A DNA stretch of 62,839 bases from a virus (taxonomy: Duplodnaviria > Caudoviricetes). The position numbers were made by a program, and so were the translations under genes. Of the stretch, positions 27,252 to 36,323 are shown piece after piece. A model generated the notes under the pieces. That model worked only from the letters and a program-made list of their open reading frames with translations, did no database searches and was not told where the DNA came from. Each line of letters begins with the position of its first letter. Position 1 is the first letter of the stretch. Location: the IMG/VR virus record IMGVR_UViG_3300044844_000500, positions 1-62,839 of that record; one strand, given 5' to 3'.

Positions 27252-27584
27252 TCAAGTCCGGTCAATTTCTAGGTAGGAAAGCCAGAAATCGACGTCCGCA
27301 ACGCTTGAGGTCACCTTCAAGACATCGCCCGCCTCCAAAATGCACGAAACACCCGACAACACGTCCATGGTTTGCATGGTAGGCAAAGCGTATGTCTTCA
27401 AAAGCTTGTAGTTGGTGCCACCGCCGCCAGGATAGACGGCAACCGTCAAACTGGTGACGCTAGCGTTCTCGTTGGTCACCCGCAATGACGAAATGATGGC
27501 CGCGTTTGCTGCCGGTACGGTGTAGAGCGTCGTCTCCGTGGCGGCAGAAGGCGTGAGGTATTTGCGCAGATACTTGTTGGCCAT
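27252..27584 (-). CDS. Small beta-rich tail/virion protein
   Basis: TLYTVP...LEAGDVLKV...SYLEI; tail operon. Confidence 0.75.
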   Translation of the reverse strand: MANKYLRKYLTPSAATETTLYTVPAANAAIISSLRVTNENASVTSLTVAVYPGGGGTNYKLLKTYALPTMQTMDVLSGVSCILEAGDVLKVTSSVADVDFWLSYLEIDRT

Positions 27585-27585
27585 G

Positions 27586-28299
27586 TCACATCGCCGATAT
27601 GAAGTTGATGGTGAGAATCACCGAGGAGATGGCCGGGCGTGTTGGTGTGGTGTCCGCCCCATAGTGCTCCAAGAACACGTCTGTGCTGCTCGCCCACCAC
27701 GCGATCTCCAGATAATTGACGCTTGGGTCACTAACCGTGAAGATGCCTGTGACCGTTGGAACCACATGAGACCAGGTAGTGGCGTCCTTGCGGGCGGCGA
27801 TGTCAAAGCGCGTTCGACTGTCCGGAAAATTAACGCCTGTGTCTTTGGCCCAAATTTCTACTTCTTGGGTGGCATTGCTGCGGTTGGAGACCTGTAGCCT
27901 GAAGGTCACAAGGTACTGCCCCGAGCACGGGACATAGATCTTACTGTTGTCCACCACGCGGATGCCATTGGCAGCGGCGACCACGTCGTAAGTCAAAAGC
28001 TCTTCTGTGGTCGTGCTGGTCAGGTCTTGATCCAACACAGAAAGCAACATCGCGTGCGGCAAGATGATGCCGTTAGAGAGCTGAAACCCGCGTACCCCAC
28101 CAGCAAACCCGCCGCCTGCACCGCTGCCCGCGGCCATCCAAGTGGATGCCCCAGCTTTGTCGTCGCTGGTAGTGGGCGTGTAGGTGCTATTTAGTTGCAG
28201 GATGACCTGCTCAAGTGAGCGCACCAACTGATTGAATTGTTCTGGGCTGTAGGCCGGCGTGATCGCATTCGGCAACCGAACATTGGTGATCTTGCTCAT
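27586..28299 (-). CDS. Tail-associated protein with jelly-roll/C1q-like C-terminus
   Basis: Follows nozzle gene; SKIYVPCSGQYLVTFRLQ. Confidence 0.65.
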   Translation of the reverse strand: MSKITNVRLPNAITPAYSPEQFNQLVRSLEQVILQLNSTYTPTTSDDKAGASTWMAAGSGAGGGFAGGVRGFQLSNGIILPHAMLLSVLDQDLTSTTTEELLTYDVVAAANGIRVVDNSKIYVPCSGQYLVTFRLQVSNRSNATQEVEIWAKDTGVNFPDSRTRFDIAARKDATTWSHVVPTVTGIFTVSDPSVNYLEIAWWASSTDVFLEHYGADTTPTRPAISSVILTINFISAM

Positions 28300-30146
28300 C
28301 GCAAGCCATCCGGCTGGATGTCGACCCGCATCGTGCCAAATCGCCAGTTCGTATCAATCTCGTCGCTTTCAATCCGTAGACTGATTTGACGTCCGCGTGC
28401 GCGAGTGTCGACTTTCTCCGTGCTTGAGGTAATGACGTAAGGGTCCAGCGAACTGGGCACCGCAGAGGACTGCGGGTAGGGTCTCAGCAACAGGTGAACC
28501 GTCAGATTCCCGTCTTGGTTCTTAAAGTCAGGGATGAAACGCTGCATGAACATCATCTGATCGCCATCGCCAATGTCAAAGTACCCAGACTTGATGTACG
28601 CCGTCATTGGTTGACCGTTAGCATTTTTGCCGGTTTCTTGGTTAAAGATCACAGATCTCCCTGCGGTAAGGCCATAGATGGTGGAAATGGTAGCCGCATT
28701 ACTATCCGGATCGTAGAAGCTGGCAAGTGGTCTCTCAAATACACCAGAGTCCCGCCATGCGGTTCGAGGCATCGTCCCTACAGACCAAACATTCTCCAAG
28801 TAGTTGTAGGTCACGTAGCGATCGATATAGTCATTGTCGTCGGCGCAATACCACCAAGTCACTTCGTTAAATTTGGTGTTGACACCAGCCGCTACTTTAT
28901 AGCCTTGTACGGGGTTGAACGCATCAAAGACGTAGTCCTGCACGGTGCAAGGCAGCTTCTTGGTCACCCCATCAAACACAAAGAAAGCGTCTTTGGACAT
29001 CCAGTAGGCAACACCGTTGACGTCCACCGCTGCGTGCGGTCCCACCACCCCACAGTTAGCACCCAACTGGGTGAAACCAAACGTGTAGGGCGGCCCGATA
29101 AACTGCATGCCATGCAGCGCCGTGTCGGTCCAAATTAATATCTGACCGCGAGAACGTGCTGCCGAAATGATGAGGTTGCCGTCGGTTAGACGTTGGCCGC
29201 CCGCGGTGTTTGTGGCGGTCGACTCAAAGACGTTGATGTCTTCTTGATTAGAAAACCGGACAAACATTGGATCCTGCGTAGCAGGCACACCGATGGTCCC
29301 TTCTGTCCCAAAGCAGACCAAATGCCTGTCAGGCGTTGAGACTAAGGCGAATTTGCTCTTGGTCGGAGCGCCTGCAATCGGGGTGGCTCGCGTACTTAGT
29401 CCCAACGTGGGATCCCACTCGTAAATCCCGCCATTACACAACTGCAGGATCAGTTTTTGTCCAAATTCGTCAAATTGCCAGACCCGAGAAAACAGTTGTA
29501 AGGCTGCCGTAGCTGGCCGTGCCGTTCCCCAAAAACCTAGTCCATACAGTCCCACTCCCCAACCAAAGTCAAAGAAACTGCGGTCTTGACCTACATTAAT
29601 CTGGAACGTCGCGGTGGCCGTACCAGCTGCCGTGGCGGTGGAAGTCGCATTTACGGGGCAAGTGATGACAAAAGTGTTGGCGGTCAAAACGTCAACAATT
29701 TCATACTCATTATTCAATGTTGCATTAGGAATGCCACCGGGATCCCCCGTTGTGCTGGAAAAGGTGACAAAGTCCCCAACAATGGCCCCATGTGCCGTTG
29801 CATTGACTGTCACGGTAGGCAAGTTGATCGTGGTGTCGAACGTCACCGACTTGGTCGTGCGGATTGGCGTGATATCTGCCCAATCTCCGCCGTAGTACGC
29901 ATATACCTTACGGTTAGTGCCGATTGCAGCGTAAGGAGCACCGCTTAGGGTATTCCAAGTAAAAATCTCACTGACGGATCCGACAAAGTACGTCAATCCA
30001 CCATCAAGGGGCTCCCAGCCACCGATCTTTTCAGGCAGCCCGTACTGGAAGCGTACGTGGTCGCTGTCAGTCCAGCCGCCCTCCGCCCCGTATTCGGTGT
30101 TTTGCTTGTCAATTCCAGGCTTTAAGAACAGTCGTAACAGCGGCAT
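28296..30146 (-). CDS. Tail nozzle / packaged-DNA stabilisation protein (P22 gp10 / T7 gp12-like)
   Basis: 616 aa beta-propeller-like; VRFSNQED, LIWTD, RARGRQ, WRFG. Confidence 0.8.
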   Translation of the reverse strand: MPLLRLFLKPGIDKQNTEYGAEGGWTDSDHVRFQYGLPEKIGGWEPLDGGLTYFVGSVSEIFTWNTLSGAPYAAIGTNRKVYAYYGGDWADITPIRTTKSVTFDTTINLPTVTVNATAHGAIVGDFVTFSSTTGDPGGIPNATLNNEYEIVDVLTANTFVITCPVNATSTATAAGTATATFQINVGQDRSFFDFGWGVGLYGLGFWGTARPATAALQLFSRVWQFDEFGQKLILQLCNGGIYEWDPTLGLSTRATPIAGAPTKSKFALVSTPDRHLVCFGTEGTIGVPATQDPMFVRFSNQEDINVFESTATNTAGGQRLTDGNLIISAARSRGQILIWTDTALHGMQFIGPPYTFGFTQLGANCGVVGPHAAVDVNGVAYWMSKDAFFVFDGVTKKLPCTVQDYVFDAFNPVQGYKVAAGVNTKFNEVTWWYCADDNDYIDRYVTYNYLENVWSVGTMPRTAWRDSGVFERPLASFYDPDSNAATISTIYGLTAGRSVIFNQETGKNANGQPMTAYIKSGYFDIGDGDQMMFMQRFIPDFKNQDGNLTVHLLLRPYPQSSAVPSSLDPYVITSSTEKVDTRARGRQISLRIESDEIDTNWRFGTMRVDIQPDGLR

Positions 30147-30153
30147 AGTTCAC

Positions 30154-30591
30154 CTATCGGATGGGACCGCCCACGAGCCATGCGTCGCAAGTGCGGTCAC
30201 CCGCACACTTGAAGTGGAACAGCTCGCAATAACCCAAGTTAGCAGCTTCAATGACCTCGTCCGCATAACCTTCGTGCTCTTCCGGCTCGTCATGTATGCC
30301 CTCAGCCATGCATTTCAGCATCTGAGGTGTCTGGATAAACGCTCCACAGTTTCCGCATCGCGCCTTCTTGGCCTCGCGTACCGTGGTATCCCACATGTCC
30401 GCCTTCTTCTGCCAGAAGACTCGCGACTCTGACTCCGGATTCAATGGCCCATAGCCATACTCTTTGATCGCATTGTTGCGGTTCTTTAGGTTGATATGGA
30501 TGTCAACGGTCGCAGTCGGACAAGCCCTGACCCCCTTGGCGTAGGCCTGCTTGATACCGTCAACGATTGCATCTTTTTTCACCGTAGCCAT
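30154..30591 (-). CDS. Cys-rich protein with HiPIP-like pattern
   Basis: CGNC..F...GYCELF...TCDAW. Confidence 0.7.
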   Translation of the reverse strand: MATVKKDAIVDGIKQAYAKGVRACPTATVDIHINLKNRNNAIKEYGYGPLNPESESRVFWQKKADMWDTTVREAKKARCGNCGAFIQTPQMLKCMAEGIHDEPEEHEGYADEVIEAANLGYCELFHFKCAGDRTCDAWLVGGPIR

Positions 30592-30594
30592 GAT

Positions 30595-30825
30595 TTACCT
30601 GTAGCTTGCTGTTTTCTTGGCGATCGTTTTGGGCTGTTTTACAAACTGCTTGCCCTGTGCATTGCCCTTGGCCTTCGCCCGATTGGTGGCCGCCTTCTCC
30701 CCAGGCGACAACGACTTCCACGCCGCATCCGGAAGATACCGCTTCTTGCCCTTGCTGGGCTTGCCATCAGACGTGCGCCACTTCTGCGCAGTCCAATCCT
30801 TGAGCGACTGCTGCGGGGCCTTCAT
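30595..30825 (-). CDS. Small basic protein, DUF5872-like C-half (copy 1)
   Basis: QQSLKDWTAQKWRT...RYLP...GKQFVKQP. Confidence 0.8.
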   Translation of the reverse strand: MKAPQQSLKDWTAQKWRTSDGKPSKGKKRYLPDAAWKSLSPGEKAATNRAKAKGNAQGKQFVKQPKTIAKKTASYR

Positions 30826-31004
30826 GACTTGTAGCCTCCGCCCTTCTTCTTATACTGCTGCGCCAAGAGCTGAGCTTTTCTCGCGGACCACTCGCCCGGG
30901 TCGCCACCTTTGGTCCCTGCCTTGATCTTCTGAAACAGCGCCTTGCGCATGCCCGGCTTGGTGTAGTTACCCGCTGCGTTTACTTTGGACTTGCTGGTTG
31001 CCAT
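30822..31004 (-). CDS. Small basic protein, DUF5872-like N-half (copy 1)
   Basis: NYTKPGMRK...WSARKAQLLA..YK..GGGY. Confidence 0.8.
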   Translation of the reverse strand: MATSKSKVNAAGNYTKPGMRKALFQKIKAGTKGGDPGEWSARKAQLLAQQYKKKGGGYKS

Positions 31005-31016
31005 TTGTCTACGCCT

Positions 31017-31229
31017 TTACATAACCCCACCCGACGCCGCAGGCATCGTGGTCACCTGAATATGCACGCTTTGCTGGAGATTGAGCGGCTGGCCGCAGTC
31101 GGAACACGTGTCATTGGCTAGTTCCGAGGCGTCCAGATCGTATCCACATGCCTGACAACAAATCTCAACCGCATGCGTAGGCTCGATCGTGCCGTTCTCA
31201 AGCGTGCGACATACATTCAGAACTCTCAT
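31017..31229 (-). CDS. Zinc-ribbon protein
   Basis: CQACG...CSDCG. Confidence 0.7.
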   Translation of the reverse strand: MRVLNVCRTLENGTIEPTHAVEICCQACGYDLDASELANDTCSDCGQPLNLQQSVHIQVTTMPAASGGVM

Positions 31230-31861
31230 GCCAGTGCCTCCATCGCCGCAGCGTGCAACGAGGCCCGCTGCTCAAGGCCGATTGTGCCTCCGTTGACGCG
31301 CTTTGTCATGCCCTCGACATCTTCTTCATCGGCGAAAAGATTGAGGCCCTTAGACTGCCAAAACCAACCGGCCGATAAGGCAGCGACAACCGGGTCGGTC
31401 AGTCGATCCGGGTCATCCAACAATGCTACTCCAAGCGCCTGACCACACCGACGATAATTGTCACGCCCAGTTAGTTGCTTGAGGCCACGCCCACGGTACT
31501 TCCACCCATCACCGGGTTCCGTGTTGCCCAAATTCTTAGCCCCCCAATCCCCACCGTAAAGAAGGTTGGCGATTCGCTCTTGGTCAGCAGGCTGATCTTT
31601 TGTCCTGCCGTACTTCTTACAGTCTGCCTCACTAATACGGTGTCGTCCAAACATGGCCATTAACGCTTCTACCCGGTAGTTCAGGTTCTCCGTCATGGTG
31701 GACAGCCCTGCAGACTCATGCCCAATTTGCGATAAGAATCCCGCTTGCCGCTGCGGCGTGTCGATGCCGTACAGTTGCATGGCGTCTTGAATAGGCTTCA
31801 AGAACCGCTCCGCGTGTTCCTTTTTAGCGCCAGTACAGATCATCAGTTCTTCAAGAGTCAT
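31226..31861 (-). CDS. Endolysin, glycoside hydrolase family 19
   Basis: QIGHES, ENLNY, GDGWKYRGRGLKQLTGRDNY, SAGWFW, TKRVNGG. Confidence 0.93.
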   Translation of the reverse strand: MTLEELMICTGAKKEHAERFLKPIQDAMQLYGIDTPQRQAGFLSQIGHESAGLSTMTENLNYRVEALMAMFGRHRISEADCKKYGRTKDQPADQERIANLLYGGDWGAKNLGNTEPGDGWKYRGRGLKQLTGRDNYRRCGQALGVALLDDPDRLTDPVVAALSAGWFWQSKGLNLFADEEDVEGMTKRVNGGTIGLEQRASLHAAAMEALA

Positions 31862-32349
31862 TTTTTAAGTTCCGCGGCCAATGCCTCTGTCTTTTCCTTT
31901 GACCCCGCACTGGACCCCAAAAAGAAGTTCAGGATCGTCGCTACTACAGTGCCCAGAAGAAACCCAAGGATCGTATCGGCAAACCGAATGTTTAGCTCAG
32001 GGATGTTTGTGAACGTGATCAGAAATATGTACACCACCGCAGTAAATGACCAGAACATCGCCAGATACATCACAAAACGCTTAGAAAACCTATCGTCCTG
32101 CTGCAGCGCAGCTACCTGCATGGCCCGCGCATCGGCGGTGTTCTTGTTGGCCTGTTCGACCATGAACTCTTCATGCTTCATGGCGGATTCACGCAGAGCT
32201 TTGACCTCTTCCTGGCTCATGTCCGGTTTAAGCTCAATGCCCGTCTTCTCTTGTACGTAATCCAACCCCTTGTCAACAACCGCTTGCGCAACCTTCGGCA
32301 GGTTGTTTTGCAGGAGCGAAGAGACGATGCCTGCAAGTAATGGTGCCAT
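31858..32349 (-). CDS. Putative holin
   Basis: Two C-terminal TM helices, FFLGSSAGS; adjacent to endolysin. Confidence 0.7.
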   Translation of the reverse strand: MAPLLAGIVSSLLQNNLPKVAQAVVDKGLDYVQEKTGIELKPDMSQEEVKALRESAMKHEEFMVEQANKNTADARAMQVAALQQDDRFSKRFVMYLAMFWSFTAVVYIFLITFTNIPELNIRFADTILGFLLGTVVATILNFFLGSSAGSKEKTEALAAELKK

Positions 32350-32799
32350 TTATTGCTCCAACATGAAGGACAGGTTCTTGTGCCGTGGGTAAGTGACTAC
32401 GCGCTCGCCTTCTGGGCACTTGTACTTGATCGTGGCAAGCAATGTTGCTTTACCCGGCGCAGGGTCTTCTTTGAGCGTCAAGAAGTAGGTGAATGTATCT
32501 ACTTCGGGCCCAGCAGGCCCAGAGAACTTTGAGTTCGAGGGCACCGCTTCACGAACCACGCCCTTGCCGTCTCTAATGGCTGGGATGAACGACTCTACAG
32601 AGCAGTCATCACGCTTCTTGATGCGAGCGACCGTTACTTCAATTGGCGCTCCAATCTTGGAATTTGCCACGTTGAAGTGGTCCGGCGCCCACTCAATGAT
32701 TGACTTCTCAAACCATCCAAACTTGTCAAATAGCGTATAACCGCCCCCAAGGGCGGCAACACTTGCAGCAACAGCGCTGATAACCTTGGGTATATCCAT
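32350..32799 (-). CDS. Membrane-anchored hypothetical protein of the lysis cassette
   Basis: N-terminal hydrophobic segment, two Cys. Confidence 0.65.
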   Translation of the reverse strand: MDIPKVISAVAASVAALGGGYTLFDKFGWFEKSIIEWAPDHFNVANSKIGAPIEVTVARIKKRDDCSVESFIPAIRDGKGVVREAVPSNSKFSGPAGPEVDTFTYFLTLKEDPAPGKATLLATIKYKCPEGERVVTYPRHKNLSFMLEQ

Positions 32800-32808
32800 A
32801 TTTTCCCT

Positions 32809-35199
32809 TTAGATGAACATAAGGAACATATTGCCCCCAGGGAAAATCCAGCCGGTGTTGTTGCCCAGGTTGGTGCTATAGAGCGCGTTCCACACCGCCC
32901 CACCGGTGGCGTTACTGTCCCGAATAGACAAATACTGGGCATCGACAGTGCCAGAGGCTTTGGACAGGGTGAACTGCGAACCCGGCGTAGAACTGTTAAT
33001 GGTAATCAAATTCCCAGCAGTACCGGACAAGCCAAAATTTGATACGGTCTGCGTTGTGCCCGCTGTAAACGTCACCGTGGCAGGCTGGGTGTTATTGGTA
33101 ATATTGTTGAAAGTGTTGGAGCCGCTGATGGTAAGCGCCCCAGCGCCACCTTGGTTGAGGTTGTAATAAGTCAACCCACCTCCGGCAAAAATCTTTGCCG
33201 AAGCATTTGTCATGGTTATCGTGGAAGTGCTGGCGTTGATGGTCAGGTTTGTACTTGTCGCGGTGTTCCATGTCGTAAACGCATTACTCCCAGAAACTGT
33301 CCAAGTGCCTGTCCCCATATTAAGTGTCCTCGTGTTTGAATTATTCGAGGAAAAATAAACGGTTGTGACATTAAAATTTGCAGCGTCAAATGTGCCCTGC
33401 GTAAGCGTAAGCGTATTGTTAGAAGCCATTGCATCCGCAAGCGTAACGGTGATTCCGGAGCCGTTAACCGTTGTGTTGCCAAGAGTTTTACCTACGCTTG
33501 TAATGGTTCCAGACGCAAGGAATGTTGGGGCAAAGGATGTGTAAGTGCTTCCAACACCAGCAATCAAAGTCAAGTTGCCATATAAGTTAGTGGTGCCAGA
33601 AATTGTCTGTAACGAAGGATTTGCGGTGGAGCAGGTGATGCTTTTGACTGATGAGCCATTAGGAAACTCAACAATTAGCCCCCCTGACGTTGAAACAACT
33701 AAATCAAGTACGTTTGAACTTGTTGCTCCTCCCGTGGTGCCAAACGCAAAACGTCCAGTACCTGCGCCGCCTGTCAACGTAACACCACCCGTACCCGACC
33801 TTGTAAAGTTGGTAGCGGTATCCATCCGAAATAAATCTATGTCATTACTGGTTAGTGTAATGCCCCCACCTGAGCCAAAGTTTATGCTGCGAACATTGCT
33901 GCCGGAGGATGACAACCGAGGCGCGGTTAAAGTAAACCCTGCAAGAGCAATTGTGCCTTGCGTTAGGGTGAAATTTGTAGCAGAAACGCCGACGGTCACT
34001 GCGTCAGCAAGCGTGACAGTAATTCCGGAGCCGCTAACCCCCATGTTTCCAATTGTTCGACCTAAAGTCGAAATAGTCGCGGACGCAATAAACTGAAAGC
34101 CTACGCCTGTGTAAGTTCCGCCTGCGGCAAGAGTCAGATTTCCCGCAACATTTAGTACGCCCCCACCAGTACCGCCCAGGACAGTGCATGTACTCCCAGT
34201 AAAGATAAGGTTTTTGAAATAACTGCCGCTTGAAATGGTTGCTTGGGACGCACCTGCATTGATTGTGAGGTTGCAAGCATTTGATGCGGTGCCACCCGTC
34301 GGGCCAAACTGTATAGTGGAGGTTGCTGCCTGATTGCGAGTAAAGCCCCCACCACTGGTAGTCATCGTAAAGTTGGTGGCCGTTGACATAGATAACACGG
34401 TCGCTGCTGCGGTAGTGCTTGTCAGCGCAATGTTGCCTGAACCAAAAGAAATTGCGCGAGTATTGCTGTTACTGGAACTAAAATTTCCAGTGCTTAAAGT
34501 AAAGTTTGCAAGCGCGAGAGTCCCGGCAGTCAGAGTTGTGGTGTTTGTAATACCCGTCGTCATCGCATCAACAAGCGTAACCGTACCAGCGGCAGTATTG
34601 ACCGTTGTATTACCAAGTGTTTTACCTACGCTTGTAACAGACGCGCTGGCAAGAAATGTTGGGGCAAGAGCTGTAAATGTGCCGCCAGACGATAAGGTCA
34701 AATTCTGGTACATGGAAATAGAACCAGAGGCGGTGCAACCACTGCCCGTAAATGTCAACGCTCTAAATCCTGTGCCGCTCAAGGTTAGCGCATAAGTTCC
34801 ACCGGTAAAACTAAAGTTTGGAGCATTGGTAGCACTTGGGCTGGCATGATTACAGGTCACCGATATGGCTGTAGAACCCGTAGAACTTACAGTTAGTGTT
34901 GGTGCGCCAGTAATTGTGCAGGTTGACGGTGAAGTCCAAACGGTGCCCGTAGCGTTAAGCGTTTTGTTTTGACCGGCCGTTGCCAGTGTACCCGTGAAAC
35001 CGGTGCAATTGATGCTTCTTACTGTCGCACTAGCACCGCCCCAAGTAACCGTTACGGCCCCTGATGCCGCATCAAAAAACACATCATCGGCGGAAGTTGG
35101 TACGGCCTGACCGCCAGCCCCGCCGGACGTTAACGCCCATTTGGTGCCCGCAGTGCCATTCCAAGTGTTCGTGCCGCCGACCCAGTACCTTGCAGCCAT
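32809..35199 (-). CDS. Receptor-binding fibre/spike, beta-solenoid
   Basis: RYWVGG..W...W N-terminus; T/S/G/N-rich long repeats; GNNTGWIF C-terminus; lower GC. Confidence 0.8.
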   Translation of the reverse strand: MAARYWVGGTNTWNGTAGTKWALTSGGAGGQAVPTSADDVFFDAASGAVTVTWGGASATVRSINCTGFTGTLATAGQNKTLNATGTVWTSPSTCTITGAPTLTVSSTGSTAISVTCNHASPSATNAPNFSFTGGTYALTLSGTGFRALTFTGSGCTASGSISMYQNLTLSSGGTFTALAPTFLASASVTSVGKTLGNTTVNTAAGTVTLVDAMTTGITNTTTLTAGTLALANFTLSTGNFSSSNSNTRAISFGSGNIALTSTTAAATVLSMSTATNFTMTTSGGGFTRNQAATSTIQFGPTGGTASNACNLTINAGASQATISSGSYFKNLIFTGSTCTVLGGTGGGVLNVAGNLTLAAGGTYTGVGFQFIASATISTLGRTIGNMGVSGSGITVTLADAVTVGVSATNFTLTQGTIALAGFTLTAPRLSSSGSNVRSINFGSGGGITLTSNDIDLFRMDTATNFTRSGTGGVTLTGGAGTGRFAFGTTGGATSSNVLDLVVSTSGGLIVEFPNGSSVKSITCSTANPSLQTISGTTNLYGNLTLIAGVGSTYTSFAPTFLASGTITSVGKTLGNTTVNGSGITVTLADAMASNNTLTLTQGTFDAANFNVTTVYFSSNNSNTRTLNMGTGTWTVSGSNAFTTWNTATSTNLTINASTSTITMTNASAKIFAGGGLTYYNLNQGGAGALTISGSNTFNNITNNTQPATVTFTAGTTQTVSNFGLSGTAGNLITINSSTPGSQFTLSKASGTVDAQYLSIRDSNATGGAVWNALYSTNLGNNTGWIFPGGNMFLMFI

Positions 35200-35202
35200 G
35201 CT

Positions 35203-35370
35203 TTACTCCTGCGGAGCTTCGACGGCAGGATTGACCACGGCAAGCCAGTTGGTCAGGCGTTCTTGCTTCATGGCCTCCAGTTGCTCATCAGACAGGCCGT
35301 GATCATCGGGCAGATGTAACGCATCGCAAAACGAGCCAAACGGGGTGTCAAATTTGAAGATGATTTGCAT
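35203..35370 (-). CDS. 55-aa fibre-associated protein
   Basis: Hand-translated MQIIFKFDTPFGSFCDALHLPDDH...MKQERLTNW; AGGAG SD. Confidence 0.7.
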   Translation of the reverse strand: MQIIFKFDTPFGSFCDALHLPDDHGLSDEQLEAMKQERLTNWLAVVNPAVEAPQE

Positions 35371-35379
35371 GATTTCTCC

Positions 35380-36312
35380 TTATGCTTGCGTAGTGACCGC
35401 AACAACATCCCAACGGGTGTTTGCAGCGTTGTAAATGCACCCAACATAAGTCATCTTGTTTGCGGTCGTCGTGGTCGGAAGCGTCGTTCCTATGACCGTA
35501 TAAGTACCGTCCCAAGTCAAGGCTCTTGGTGTTCCGTTGTCTAAAAGCCGAAAGATCAGCCTGTTGCCATCGACCGGGGTGCCCGTTGGGGCGTTGATTG
35601 CCAAAGCAGCGGCCTGAGCCGTAACAGCGTACTGATCAAAAGAACTGATGTCAGGGGTAATGGAGGCTGTGGAAGCAGTACTCGATACACGCGGGTCAAT
35701 CCGTTTGTTCGTCAACGTCGCCGTACCGTTAATGGTCGTAAAACCATTAGAAGCATTTGCCGTGTTCCCTAACGCCGTTGCAACATTAGTGCCCAATCCG
35801 GCAACACCGGTGGATATCGGCAATCCCGTGCAACTGGCCAAGTTCCCTGAAGAAGGCGTACCCAGCACCGGTGTCAAAAAAGTTGGACTTATAAGGTAGT
35901 CCACCATTTGCACGACATCCGTGCCGTTGACATATACGTGTGCTTTCCTGCCGTTGGGAATGGTGACCCCGGATCCCGCGGAGGTCTTGACCGTTATACT
36001 TTGCGCACCGGTTGTGTTGTTTTGAACAATGTACTGTTTCTGATTAGTCGGGACAATCAGCTCTCGTGTCACGGTCAGACTGACTGACGAAGTCACATTG
36101 AGCACAAGCGCTCGAGCAGTCTGCGACGCGTTGCTGTCTGTTAAAGAAATCGTCAGATTGGCGTCCGAAGCGTAGTCAGGATTGCCCAACCCCACAATGG
36201 CTTGCTCAAGCGCTGTTCCTAAGTTGGTGTTAGTCGTGCTGCCCCACGTGCCGGAGTTCTCCCCGGTCGCCATTAATTCGATTTTTAGGTTGGTTGAGTA
36301 GGTACTAGGCAT
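35380..36312 (-). CDS. Tail fibre (proximal) protein
   Basis: MPSTYS.NL.IEL..TGE.SGTWG..TN.NL N-terminus; TLTNKRI. Confidence 0.8.
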   Translation of the reverse strand: MPSTYSTNLKIELMATGENSGTWGSTTNTNLGTALEQAIVGLGNPDYASDANLTISLTDSNASQTARALVLNVTSSVSLTVTRELIVPTNQKQYIVQNNTTGAQSITVKTSAGSGVTIPNGRKAHVYVNGTDVVQMVDYLISPTFLTPVLGTPSSGNLASCTGLPISTGVAGLGTNVATALGNTANASNGFTTINGTATLTNKRIDPRVSSTASTASITPDISSFDQYAVTAQAAALAINAPTGTPVDGNRLIFRLLDNGTPRALTWDGTYTVIGTTLPTTTTANKMTYVGCIYNAANTRWDVVAVTTQA

Positions 36313-36323
36313 TGCGCTTTCCT

